Both the position numbers and the translations under genes were made by a program. This document shows positions 1-12,407 of a stretch of 64,000 nt of DNA, in pieces (the first letter of the stretch is position 1; each line of letters opens with the position of its first letter). Source of the DNA: Phoronis australis. Taxonomy: Eukaryota > Animalia > Phoronida. The notes beneath the pieces were generated by a model that saw nothing but the letters and a program-made list of their open reading frames with translations, was not told the origin of the DNA and did not search any database. Location of the stretch: contig NMRA01000117.1 in the NCBI GenBank assembly GCA_002633005.1, positions 727,894-791,893 of the forward strand. The letters are read 5' to 3'.

Positions 1-375
1 CAAAGTTTCTAAACTTAAAGCGTGGCATGCAATTGATCAGTCTTCCAGGAGTTTCAAGTACCACTACAGATCTAAAAATAGATTACATCAAGGGACACCG
101 CCATAGGCATAGCACAGTCACTGTGACTGCGTTATGCAGACCCAACATTTATACTTGTGTGAACAGCTAGTGACTGTGATCACATTCTTCTCTTCTAATG
201 CATGGCGATAACTCACAAGGATTGTCATGACCTTGTGCTTTACCTTGTGCTCTCTTGCATCTACAGATGCAGCCCAGCTCTTGTAGCGATACAAGGCTGT
301 GTTAACTGCCTAGTTTAATACTGCTCTGTATACTTACTACAGTCTACTAGTAGGCCCTACTAGCAACCCACTCAC

Positions 376-489
376 CTTACTACTTTCAAGAGCCTCAGCA
401 GAATGAGATTCTTTTGGCTTAAAACATCCTTGACATTTGTTCTTATTGAACATATTCGGCAAAAACTTTCTGCAGTTGTTGGAAGCCAT
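376..489 (-). CDS. MPRIP: First coding exon of an MPRIP/TRIOBP/outspread-family PH-domain protein (gene continues left of window)
   Basis: ATG at 489 gives MASNNCRKFLPNMFNKNKCQGCFKPKESHSAEALESSK followed by donor AAG|GTGAGT; matches the recalled N-terminal motif CRKFxxNxFNKxKCQxCFKPxExH of MPRIP/outspread. Confidence 0.85.
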
Positions 490-1155
490 GACTGCTATCT
501 GTGTTCGGAGAGATCTTCTTGATTTTTGGTTCTTCCTCACAATTTATCCACAACAGCAACACGCCACAAATCCAACGACGAGATGTTTATATTTCTGGAC
601 TTGACAACTTGGGAAGGATTCCTAAATTAACGTTCTGAGAAATTACACCAACACAAGTATCACCAGGACACTGCATCAACTCAGCGCAAGCTCTACATCA
701 TTCAAGGAAGACTGTTTTCTAGCATGATTAAAATTCCTGGGAGCAAGAAAATGTTCTAACCCGCCATGAACCGCTGTGCCTGTTAACCATACATCAACAA
801 AGATGGTCATGCGCGGCGCATGAATTTAAAGAGAACTAGTCCACAGTTTTCCTGACTCGCAAAGAGTGGCGCTGCAAATAGGTGACTTACAAGAACAACA
901 AGATACAAGAAGTTTTGTCATTAGCGTTTTTATAAATCAGGCAACCTTAGCCCGACCGGACTATTTTTCCGACCAACAAAAACCAAGGAACAAAATTTGT
1001 AGACTAGACCCACGGTATATATTCTAAGCATAGATATCACAAAGATGCCTATGATTCTAAGAGCAAAAGCAAAAATCTAGAGGTAGAGTACATGGAATAT
1101 AAAATAAATAAATGAATAGTAAACGAAACATATCTGAGTAACTAAGTTTTAGGCT

Positions 1156-1316
1156 CAGTGGTGAATTTAGAGGGGGGCAAAGGGGGCCATGCCCCCCACC
1201 CCCTAAAATTCTCCCAGATTCCATGTGGCAGTTCCGGGCCCGGGGGTGCGAATGTCTGACGGGCAAACCTGTCCTGCCCCACACCCCCTCAACTCAAAAT
1301 CCTGGATACGCCCCTG
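1156..1316. mobile_element. Short degenerate MITE-like element (CAG...CTG termini)
   Basis: Left end cagtggtgaatttagaggggggg and right end aaatcctggatacgcccctg are imperfect inverted repeats; flanks aggct/aggtt; G/C-rich interior in an AT-rich background. Confidence 0.35.
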
Positions 1317-4187
1317 AGGTTATGTGCTTAAAAATACAAATGTGTGGTAATGATGGTGATAATTATTTACAAAGCCTACTTTTTGGTGCTCTAGTCCAAG
1401 TCCGCTGCAATCTCTAAAATACGCTGAAAGCCTGAGCGATTCATCTTGGCAAGACTGCTCCAGGCGCCCTGGAGGCAGGAAAACGTAATGCTGCATTACC
1501 CGCGTACATTGAAAACTACCAGGCTAAGTCTAATCATCGGGGAAACCTTATATTCCCAACACCCCACCACCGGAAATCGGGGTTATAGCTGTATAAGCAA
1601 CTTACTAAGAGGCTCTAATTCAGGGGATCGGACGTATTCTAAGTCCGCTCGGCTGCGATATCTGCTAGTGACACTCCCATGAAAATAGAACGGGACGTTC
1701 GTTTCCCTCAGTTGTCCCATGAATTAAATGCATCATATTTAATCTATGGTTGCCTTACGAAGGGATGCTTTTCCGATGAATCCCCTGCAAAAAAGTGAAT
1801 TCGGAACTTCACGAAAGATTCCCTTTTCCAACTACACACAGTTTCGTAAAAACACCGAGAAATGTTTTTGTAACATTACCACGAGTAAAACATGTCTTCT
1901 AAATATTATCTTTAATTTCAAATTGTTTGAGTTGTAAAAGTTAATGTATTAATTTTTAATATATGCCGTCTCTTGTTTAAATGTTTCGCGCGTAATGTGT
2001 TAAAACGTCATGGGTCCAGTCTCTACCGCCGATCAGCGTTGGGTTCACAACCTTATCAACCCCCGATTCATCTACGGCACAACAAATTTCTGGCGTTTCT
2101 GGAACAAATCCCTAAGAAAGAGGGATTTTTTCGAATCCACTCTTCTTTTAACTGATGGGTGAGTATAATGATTTTCTAGTTACACCGGCTCTCCGTCATT
2201 AAAGATGCTGTAGTGTGATCCCGGGGTTTCGATTCCCCGCTACGAACCCTGACCCCACCCCAAGACCAACAAATCCACCAAACCCGCGGTACAGATTCCA
2301 TACCCGCGTATTTGAACTCAACACACGGACCGGGGCAGATGATGAAAAGAAACCACCACCCTCGAGATGTTTTGCACCCTTGAACCTGACATCAAAACAG
2401 TCTCTGTTAATGTAGTTCTGTAGAAATCTGTCTTCGGTTCTCTAGTTGTCATCCTTAAACACCCTTCCACTAATAATATTGAAAGGTCTCGTCCGTTTGA
2501 TGATGATGAGTTTTTGAGATTTCAAAAGACGCTCGGACAGCATAACGACAACATGAGAACACACTCAATAAAACGGATAGTTGTAATAAATCGGGACACA
2601 ACTGCCCACGCCGTTGCTACTGCGGTCCCTCGTCGGTGGATAGAGGGCGACTGGAAGCGAAAATTGGTGTGGCAAACGGGGGTATCTCGAAAGCACCAGC
2701 AACTGACTGCGGGGGGATGATAACTGGTAGACCTATGTGTTGGCGTCACATAGAGTAGGGTGGTGCAAGGAGCTCTAGCTAAGCGAGAGCGGCCATAGTT
2801 TCATTTCATGACTCTTACAGTATACTACCCGGTAATTGAAAAAATGAATTGATTTGCACAAACGAATTAATGCGTTTTACCCCTTGCTTGAGGCGAAACG
2901 CTCAAGGGTAAGGCTTTAGCGTTTTGCCTGCCCGGATCGCAATTACATAACGCCTGATTATTTAGGGGCATTTCATCACTGTTTAGCTGTAAATGCTGAA
3001 TTCAATTGTGTTTTAACTTTGAAAACATTACAACGCTCATCCACTCCATGCGCGCACCCAGCCTTCGATATGGGGGGGCTCGAATTCCCGACGGACTAAA
3101 AAAAAACGGGAGCTCCTCACAGTGAATTGCGACTTTGCGCTTATTTAGTGGACTTTTTCCATTTTCTCGGACTTGTTGTCTCTCGGGGGCTGACCTTTTT
3201 GCCCACTTCGCCCCCCGNNCCCCCCCGGGTGCGCACATGCACTCTGGCGGGGAACACGACAACTCAAGCCACAGACAATGCGTACAGAAATGTGAGACTG
3301 ATTTTATGAGAGCTATATGGCTTAATTCGATTTTAGTTTTTAGCGAGCCAAACAGGGCAAAATACGACTTTAAAACTGCATTTCGCACTATTTAGGTGGC
3401 TAATAACGAAAATCGAACTAGACCTTTTACTCTAAAAGATCGATCTCATCATAATCCTTACCATGATAGTATTCTACTAGACCAAAAATAACCTCGAAAC
3501 CCGCATCAGCAGCAAATCGAGTTGGCTGACACTAAAATTGGGAATTTCGTCAAAAATGGCCCATGGCTCAACCGAATCCTATCACGATAAGGGGTATTAT
3601 GAAACCGGTTTTATGAGCCTCATTCGATTTTCGATTTGAGCCAACTAAATAAACGTACAATGACGAAATTTGTAGCTTTTTGTGGCATTTATGCTATTTT
3701 ATTATTATATACAGGAATGTTGTGTTCAGTTTCTCAGTGGTGTATCGTTGTGAGCATACTGCTGCGCCTCCCCTATCATCACTTTATTAAAGTAATTATC
3801 TTGAATACTTTTTGTTGATTACCTGCGATCTGGCCGCGGCATAACACCGGCGTATCGCCGGTACCCTAAAGCGGAACTAAACGTCGCCCATATTTTTTAA
3901 AGGTTGATAATTCCCACTTGCGAGCAATGTATGTAAGAATTAGTTCACTTAAATTATGTAACATGGTACAAGGGAGTCGCCTCTCACTATTTTTTCTTTT
4001 ATTTTAGAAATTCCACGGGAAACGAAATAACGTTCCGCAGAATGCTAATGTGAGTACCTACTCACAACGGCCACACGGATTTATACGAAACATCATAAGA
4101 AGCATGTATAATTGCTATATAAATAGCTGCTATTCAAACATATTTTCCATATATATGCCAATCCTCTGGCGCCACCCCAGTACTACT

Positions 4188-4310
4188 GTAACCATAGACA
4201 CATACCCTCTCTGTAACTAAGGAGCAGAAGTCGAACTTGAGTTCGAGATTACTGGAGACATAAACCAATGAACTGCGCACTAAGTGTCACGTGGAATCGT
4301 CCTTGACAAC
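4188..4310 (+). promoter_or_regulatory. Cluster of RFX X-box-like motifs upstream of the plus-strand gene
   Basis: GTAACCATAGACAC (4188), GTAACTAAGG (4213), CGTCCTTGACAAC (4298) resemble the X-box GTNRCC-N(0-3)-RGYAAC, 80-200 bp upstream of ATG 4390; all imperfect. Confidence 0.35.
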
Positions 4311-4389
4311 TCAGAAGACATCTTTTCGCGCAGTCACTGCATATTGCATGAAGGATTTTTACTCCAGTTAGTATAGACCTTCAAACGCA

Positions 4390-4479
4390 ATGACGGAACG
4401 GGCGTATCATCAAGAGGCTCAGCGCAAAGCGCAAGTTTTGCAGCGGGCAAAAGAAGCAAAAGATAGAATGGCTAACAAG
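4390..4479 (+). CDS. Unnamed small protein, coding exon 1 (MTERAYHQEAQRKAQVLQRAKEAKDRMANK)
   Basis: ATG in gcaATG context, 30 open codons, donor AAG|GTAATT (phase 0). Confidence 0.7.
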
Positions 4480-5556
4480 GTAATTTTATTCAACTTTTAA
4501 CAATCCCAACTGGCACACCGCCACCGTTCTCATTTGCTCTGCCTCTCTGCTCTGGCATGGCGCGACGAGTCTTTGACTTCACAACTGACAGTAGCAGCAA
4601 AGTGTCATGAACACTCGAGTCCTTTTCACTAAATAGCTAAATGTAATCGCTCATGAAGATTGCCTCAGTCTAGTTGAAGACTCACAACATTCAACAGTAT
4701 GGACTAACCAACGTCACTCACCACTGCATGACTGAGTCTTGACTGACATGCCACTACTAGTCAATCTAGCCTTGCGCCAAGGCTAACATGTCACATGCCA
4801 TTGCATTGTCATCATGGATTCCTCTCTTTTTCTAACTTCTGTTCGTTTGTGTGTGCGTCACTCACCGTCAGTGACAGTGTTCTCAGTACATGAAATTGAC
4901 ATTTCAACTGCATTAGCAATTTGAATGGATTTGAAAAATGTCAAGAAATCTCTTGCCTGATTACCGAAAATAAGACTAATCCCATATTGATCCATATCAA
5001 TGGGGGAGGGGGTGGCCGAGGATCAAGTCTACTGGGTATTGGCCGATTTGGAAGACCAGTTAGTAGTCGCAATAAATTTTCTAGCCTTTTTTAATTTGAT
5101 TATTGATGGGGTGTTTGATTGGGTCAACAACTTCTGTTACCAGGCTATGTGTTGATGATTGGATCTGTAAATCCACATTTGGCAACTATGTATTTTCATG
5201 GTATGATTGACCCGGGTCTTACTAACATTGTTGTGGTGATCACTAGCATTAGCTTTGATTGACTGCTTTGCATTGTTCTTGTGTTAAAATTTGAATGCAA
5301 CGGATATAATTCAAAGCAAACTGTGTGATTGCAACTCAATTTTTATGTTCCTGTTGGCCTAAGTTAAGCAATCACAATGCATCAATGAAACATTTTATGG
5401 ACATTATAACATGGAGTGTGATTTTAAAGTTATCCCCAGGATTTTCTTCCACGTAATGGGTAGGCCAGGTAGTGTAAGAACACATTAAAATCCATGCCAA
5501 CAGCTTCGTGATATAACAGAGCACTGCGAGAAAAGTCTTACAGTTGTTCTTGAGAC

Positions 5557-5946
5557 AAAATAAGAAACCTACTAGAGACAATTACCAACCATTTGATGGT
5601 ATATGGAGGCCAAAATAAGAAACCTACTGGAGACAATCACCATCCATTTGATGCTGGAGACAATTACCAACCATTTGATGGTATATGGAGGACAAAATAA
5701 GAAACCTACTGGAGACAATTACCAACCATTTGATGGTATATGGAGGCCAAAAAAAGAAACCTACTGGAGACAATTACCAACCATTTGATGGTATGTGGAG
5801 GCCAAAATAAGAAACCTACTGGAGACTATTACCATCCATTTGATGCTGGAGACAATTACCAACCATTTGATGGTATATGGAGGCCAAAATAAGAAACCTA
5901 CTGGAGACAATTACTAACCATCTGATGGCATCTGGAGGCCAAAATA
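5557..5946. repeat. Minisatellite, 55-bp unit with interspersed 82-bp variants
   Basis: Unit aaaataagaaacctactggagacaattaccaaccatttgatggtatatggaggcc; about 6 units, two containing an extra 27-bp internal duplication. Confidence 0.9.
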
Positions 5947-6599
5947 GTTGCCTGAGAAGATACCTTAGGATTTTAATCTAACTTAAAAATAAGATACTCA
6001 AGTATGCTCAACAAAATATTTTTTTCAATTGTAGCATCACTATATAGTTGTAATTTAGACTTACACAAGTTTGTAACTGTTGCATGTTGGGAATGCATTT
6101 AATTCTGATTTTAATTTTCACACCTCCGACTGTTGTTGGATAAGCAATCGCCAAAAACCTTGCAGTATCCAAAACGTCTACTTGTGCTAAAAAATAGTGA
6201 CCTTTTCAATGTTTGCAGGTCTTTGTTTCAAGTAAAACCATGTAGTCTACGGTACGTGAACCACCAAATCTTTGTATATTCGAGATGTGTGCACAAGCTG
6301 CAACATTCCTATTCACTGACGGTACCTGCCTTATTATCCCGTTACCCCAAGAAAAGTCTTGAGTCCTCATTAAGACAAAACGACAACATATTATACTTTA
6401 ATGAAGCAGGGCACTGAATTTCCCACTCCGTCAAAAATCAGAAACTAACATCTCCAATGGGATTTGGTAGAGGCTGGAGTTGCAAATCTGTTGTCTGTGA
6501 CCTATGGCAAAGTAAACAAATTATAACGAAACCACTCCATGAAATAGATTGAAACTGTTGCACTGTGTACAACTTATTATTTTTGTTATGAAATTCCAG

Positions 6600-6685
6600 T
6601 ATGCCACCGATTCTTATGAAAGCAGTCACCCACAAGACTACACTGACCGAGTTCCACAAACAAGCTCAAATGCAATGGGAATAAG
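6600..6685 (+). CDS. Unnamed small protein, coding exon 2 (YATDSYESSHPQDYTDRVPQTSSNAMGI-R)
   Basis: Acceptor ttttgttatgaaattccag, open in phase 0 matching exon 1, donor ATAAG|GTAATT ending in phase 2. Confidence 0.65.
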
Positions 6686-7299
6686 GTAATTTGTCTAGAG
6701 CGTGATTATTTCTTTGACCTTTTTATTTCTGTCTTTTCACGTATTTGTTATGAGTTAGGCCAGCTCCACAAAAATATTCTTGTTTAATGATTTTCAAAAT
6801 ATTTGCGTTTTCAAGGGCTGCACTAATGGATGCATGATATGAATGTGATTTTTATTTGCTTTTCAATTCAAGCTGTCAATAGTTAATTGTATGTAATACC
6901 TAGTCATTTACTCTTCAGTTGTGGCACATAATATTTAACTGTTTTGAAAGACCAACTGAGCCTTTGAATCTCCCAACATAATAGAAGTCCACATTCAACC
7001 ATTTGTGATGTCAAAGAATAAGTAACTGGACATTTTGCACAACATTATAGACTGTAATAAATACCAGGTGAAGTCCTTGTATTGTTTTGCTTTTGTAAGA
7101 CCTTAAAGACCATTAAGCAGTTAAGTTTTAACATTAAGGTTTTCTCAATGGTATATTTTTATGGTGTGCAGATGAACTCTAGTTGAAATTTAGAATAATT
7201 CACAAGCTCATCCTACTATACATTATTTCTTCCAAATATCTTGTAAGGTGTTCTATGGTGGCATTAGAACAGTTGTGTATTGACCCAGTTTATGCATGA

Positions 7300-7340
7300 T
7301 AGATTTAGATTTAGATTTAGATTTAGATTTAGATTTAGAT
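7300..7340. repeat. (GATTTA)n hexamer microsatellite
   Basis: About 6-7 direct copies visible. Confidence 0.9.
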
Positions 7341-7372
7341 ACAATGTTTGAGAATCCTTTTTTAATTTTTAG

Positions 7373-7565
7373 ATCCTGCCAAATAATGCCCGTTGAGCAT
7401 GTCCGTCAGTTGAACAAGAGAGATCATAGATTTTATTTCGAAAAAGAGCAATTGAAATCTGTGTGTAGCACATCATCAGACCAAATGTATCGTGTGCTCT
7501 ATCCGGGCTCAATGCTGGGTACAATACAAAGATACGAGTCAGCCCGTGAACCCCATTGGTATTAA
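7373..7565 (+). CDS. Candidate alternative terminal exon A (phase 2; SCQIMP...DQMYRVLYP...HWY*)
   Basis: Acceptor tttttaatttttag, open in phase 2, stop at 7565, AATAAA at 7688. Confidence 0.55.
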
Positions 7566-9563
7566 AAGTAATGAGACTTTAATTTCCTGTCTGTGTAGAT
7601 TAGAAATGCCACCTGCATTGTTTAGTCTAGACCTGTAGTCAAATTTATTGCCTTTTTATTAACCAAATACCAAAATACTAATGAACAAATAAACTGTGGA
7701 AACTTTTTTGATATATTTTTAAGAGAGAAGATTGCATTTTCGGACATTTAATCATTTGAGCAAAACTAGGTATTTCCTTACTATTCTTGAAGTAAAACAG
7801 ATTTTAAGTTATTACAGGTACATTAATCAAACAGCAAAATTATTGAGTGCTCAACAAGTATACCCTTTCAACCTCTCTATGTTATAATAAGCCAGTGCAG
7901 TTTATGGTGTGTCTGATTAAAGGCCCAGAATGCTTAAATCATGAGGCAGGCATTTAGTTGAGCATGGGTGTTTAAAACTACATTTTTGAGTAGTCGGGGT
8001 TGACTGCTTGTTCAAACAGCCGACTGTGTTACAATTCCAAAGGAGCAAATGTTAAAACAGACCTGATGTGCAGGAGTCAAATAAAACAGACAAGGCAGTA
8101 ATTAGTTGAGTGAGTTTTACGCAGTATTTTTATCTGAAATTCGTGCGAGATGAACGTTTGCAAAAACATCACTTTCAAGAAAATCTCAATCATGTTATTT
8201 CAGGGTGGGTGTTATATCAGTTGATCATGGACATTTAAGAAAACGTGCATTAACTGGGAGAGAATGGTATGCAGAAATCTTTTTGGACGTACGCAGCAGT
8301 CTGTCTATGCAGAAATCTTTTTCGGCATTCACAGCAGTCTGTCTATGTAGAAATCTTTTTTGGCGTACACAGCAGTCTGTCTATATTTAGAAGTTATATT
8401 CAGCATTGTGCTTGAGATCCATCAGTTTACACGCCAAAGTCCACATTCAAAACAGTACAAATGTGGAAAGTTATTTCATACTTCATAGCTGAAAATCAAA
8501 CTAAACGCAACTTTGTAGCTGCACTTCTTGTTTGCTGGATTGTTGGTTTATGATTAAATAGATAGTCTGCTTACAACACTCTGTGTATACACAGAAAATG
8601 TCAGGCTCAGGATCAAAAACTGGTACTTTAAATGCGTGAACATAATGATGTTGGCCTTTTAAAGAATATCATAAAAGGGCAGTAAATTTGCTTGGAGTGG
8701 TGTACATACACTGAACTTCTACACTGGATGCTTGCTTGCACTGTTTAGTGTGCTGTACCATGAAAGGTATTCCCTTGTCTGTCACATTGTCAATAGTCAT
8801 ACACTCAGCAGTAACACACACTTGTTTCTTCCTTAGTCACTGTGTGAACAATAGAAAGGGACATAACAGGCAGAAAAGCAATGGTACATTTTGTAGCTTG
8901 CGTCCTCCAACCACAGCTCAGGTCCTGCTTCTGCATTGGACTTAACATCACCTTCGATTAGAGTTGATTTGCTCGGCCACTTGCACTGTGCACTCGTCCA
9001 CATCTAGTCCTTATCCACACTTAGCCTACTGTACCTATGTATGGTTGGTCATCGCACTGTTTTGTTTACTCATGATAGTTTGTGAACCATACACATATTC
9101 TTGCACTTTCATAACAATGTTTAGTTAAGTGTTTAGCTAGTAGTTTGCTTGTGTTTATGCTTCAGTTTAGTATATACATGCGTGTACTTTATGACTGAGA
9201 AGGTGAATTTTACTTTTTAGAATTTTTTGTGTATAAGTTAAATTATCGTGCCTTGAAATGTACTATTCTCATCAAAAACAGGTGATGAAATTCTGAAAAT
9301 ATAGAGCGATGTGCATAGTTATTTACTAGAAAATGAAAAAAGTCAACTGTACTGATTATTTTTGTACAAAGGCGAGAAAGTTTTAATTACATTTTGCATT
9401 CAATCTTTCATGTGTCTGCTACTCATAGGTAATGTTGAAAGTTACAGGCTTTTGAAAATTTGAGGAAGCTTTATTTTGTATTCAGTCTATAAGTTTATCG
9501 CACTGAACTTCTGCCCTTCTCTGTTCAAATACCTCTCTTCACTCTTTACTGTTTCTCACATAG

Positions 9564-9822
9564 GACTGCCAATGGCTGTTTGGAACAATTTCGCCTACAT
9601 AGTGACGGATTCGAAAATCGTTACCGACAGGGAACTAAGAACTATCCCCATACTGATCAAGTTTACACAGTCATGTACCCTGAAAAAGATAACAGTCAAT
9701 ACACAGCTGATTTCAACAAAACAAATAGATGTCGCCTAGTAGAGGAACAGCGTTACGATATTTTGAAGAAAATGAATGGAAGCTTTCATCTGAAAGTGTT
9801 ACAAGAAACACACAAAATATGA
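9564..9822 (+). CDS. Candidate alternative terminal exon B (phase 2; TANGCLEQ...DQVYTVMYP...HKI*)
   Basis: Long pyrimidine tract ctctttactgtttctcacatag, 85 open codons in phase 2, TGA-TAG double stop. Confidence 0.6.
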
Positions 9823-9961
9823 TAGTGTGGAAAGTGACCTCATGTTTTGCTATGAGTGATATTTAGTTGTTTTGAATTAAAATTTTTTGGAGTGTTGGTT
9901 TCTGCACGTTTTGTTGGGTTTTTGGTATATTGGAAGACCAATCATTGGCCTTTATTTGCAG

Positions 9962-10160
9962 ATTGAATGATGACATCACTAAAACGGTTGAAAATAAAGA
10001 AAAGGCACCAGTCAAGAAAGCTGTGGTGGAACAAAAGCCTCCTTGGTTTCCATCCATCAATATTGTAAAGTTAGAGAGAGACAATGTATATTCTATCATG
10101 CATCCATTAGATTTTAGCGTTTATGATGCACGCAAAAAGATGGCTGCCCAATCTAAATAG
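9962..10160 (+). CDS. Candidate alternative terminal exon C (phase 2; LNDDITK...DNVYSIMHP...QSK*)
   Basis: Acceptor cctttatttgcag, open in phase 2 to TAG; AATAAA at 10908. Confidence 0.6.
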
Positions 10161-10967
10161 ACCGCATAGGCTTTGTCGTTTAGGCCAAGTTGGCAAGTTG
10201 TGGATATAAGGTTCCATTCTGCGGTAAAACTCTGAGGAGATAATTCCTGTCTGGACAGCACAACTTGGCACTGATGCATTCAATCGATGCCTGAACAGTC
10301 TTTTGCGAATTTGCTCAGGTGTATTTATAACAGGATTTCAATGTTTGTTAAGATCAGTTGATGTATATACCCTAGAAACATTTGTGGCTCACATGGTGGT
10401 CTTCTCATTCATCTCATCTTGTGTTTTTGTGGTTATGGCACAACCGGTTTCTCTTTGGCAAATCATGAGGTCACTTCAATGCTTGCTCATCTAGAGTTCA
10501 TTTTGCTCAAATTTAAGTTTTGCTCAAGTATATATGTATGCTCTGTAATCTTAATGTGTTCCCTGTTGGTATAATTGTCGTTTCATAGTGTGTATATCTC
10601 TTACAAAGCTTCTATGAAGTTTTTCCAAAGCCATCGCTGGTACTATTTCTAGTTACTAGTAAGTTTGCTCAAGTCTGTCACAATTTTTTTCTGCCGTTCA
10701 TGTTGAAATAGGTAATTATCATTGAGATACTGTTACTGGATAATTGTTAGATGATATGTGACAAATGTTCAATGTTCTACCAGATAGATGTGAAAATGAA
10801 AAAGTCCCACTGCAGAAGTTACTGTATATGATAACTTTTACATATCATATAATACATAATTGTTGTCAGGGATTAACGAGTAAATGTTCATGTATTTTCC
10901 ATACATAAATAAAATTGTTTATTGCTCATGATTCAGTTCTTCTTACTAACACTTTCCTTCTCTGTAG

Positions 10968-11145
10968 GCCAAACTATGAGTATGAAATCAGTAGGAAGAT
11001 CCAGGAACAAGTGTACGCACATACGCGACATCGCCACATTGATAATACACCTGAGGATAAAGTGTGGCCATTAATGTACCATGATACTGGAAATAAGCAC
11101 AGTGCCCGGTCGCAGAGAAACAAGATTCCACATTATAAAGTCTAG
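10968..11145 (+). CDS. Candidate alternative terminal exon D (phase 2; PNYEYEIS...DKVWPLMYH...YKV*)
   Basis: Consensus branch point TACTAAC (10944-10950) + actttccttctctgtag acceptor; open in phase 2 to TAG. Confidence 0.65.
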
Positions 11146-11410
11146 ATGGTTTCACTCTCTCCTCAAACGAAATGTTTAGGTGCAGCAGCTGATAAGTGTT
11201 GAACAGAAACTTTCAAGCAAAATATTCTTATGTGCAACAACTGAAAAGTGAAATATAAACCACTTTCTCATCATGCATAACCATTGGTTGCCTGGGTCAT
11301 TGTTATTAACATACGATTTTTTGATTTTGGACACCAAAAATCGCCTGGTCATTGTACCAGCTCCTGTGTGAAAGGCCAACCCGAAAACTCCGAGAGGATA
11401 CTCTGGGGGT

Positions 11411-11535
11411 TAGGACTGGTCTGTGTAGGACTGGTCTGTGTAGGACTGGTCTGTATAGGACTGGTCTGTGTAGGACTGGTCTGTGTAGGACTGGTCTGTG
11501 TAGGACTGGTCTGTGTAGGACTGGTCTGTGTAGGA
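11411..11535. repeat. 15-bp tandem repeat (taggactggtctgtg) x~8
   Basis: Near-perfect direct copies. Confidence 0.95.
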
Positions 11536-12211
11536 ATGTTTCTAGTCTACTGTGTATAACTGCTTGACTTACCACCTGAGTGCTGGGCCATGTTAAACCC
11601 AACACAACCACCCGTGTTCAAAATTCAGCTACAATTCAATTTTTTGAACAAGAAAATTTTATCTGAAATTTTGATTTTTAATAGTTTCAGTGTCCCAAAT
11701 CAAAGAAAATACTCCTTTTTATCAAATGTTTACTGTGACAGTGTTGTGAAACTAATTGCCTTGGGCTTAGCTTCATATATTTATTTTAAAACGAAACGTT
11801 TAAATGAATGAAAGTCAGTTTTGTTCACGAGAAAATATTTACTGCAACTGTCTTTGAAATCGACCGTGGTAATCGCTGTATGTGTGGCTGACCACAAGAG
11901 ACCCGGCTCTGCTGGCTGGCACCAGGAATTCAGTAAAATGAACATTCCTTCTGCAAAAGGATTAAACAGGTCGAATACATCTCGATTTTCTAAACAATTG
12001 AAGAGGTAAAATATTCTTAATAGCAAAAACTGCCTTCTGTGCCTCTTTAAAAACCATCATTAAAAATACAACTGCTATCTTTGAAGCAGTTATAATAACA
12101 GTTATGATGACAATTATGATGACAGTTATAATGCTCTGACTTGGAACTTATGATGTATTTTAAATTGATATTTTTCCAACTGTTTGTCTCATTTGTCATT
12201 TTCATTACTAG

Positions 12212-12407
12212 TCACTCCATACAACGTTCTTCTTACAACCACAGCCGAAACGGCCCTGTAAGGGATCAGACCTGGAGAGCTATGCTTAAACAGATACGCC
12301 AAGAGGAAAAAGTTTTGCGCGATCACAACATTGTAATGGGGCCTTTGACTTCATTTATCGATTCAGATTTGTTTCAAACTGTTAACATTCCTGCTAACAG
12401 GTTTTAA
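12212..12407 (+). CDS. Candidate alternative terminal exon E (phase 2; HSIQRSS...DQTWRAMLKQ...NRF*)
   Basis: Acceptor tttgtcattttcattactag, open in phase 2 to TAA; AT-rich 3' UTR-like stretch with AATAAA at 13026. Confidence 0.55.

Noticed and set aside
1430-3660. Scattered inverted and direct repeats between MPRIP and the plus-strand gene
   Set aside because: Probably nested old transposon fragments; ends, TSDs and families could not be defined by eye and an NN gap lies at 3218.
8204-8390. Phase-2 exon candidate RVGVISVDHGHLRKRALTGREW as a firm exon
   Set aside because: May overlap the end of an old TTAA-flanked MITE (~7917-8237) and runs into a 38-bp tandem repeat; lacks the shared motif, so mentioned only as a weak candidate.
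11284-11611. ORFs with GLVCV / RTGLC / HRPVL repeats
   Set aside because: All are frames of a 15-bp tandem repeat.
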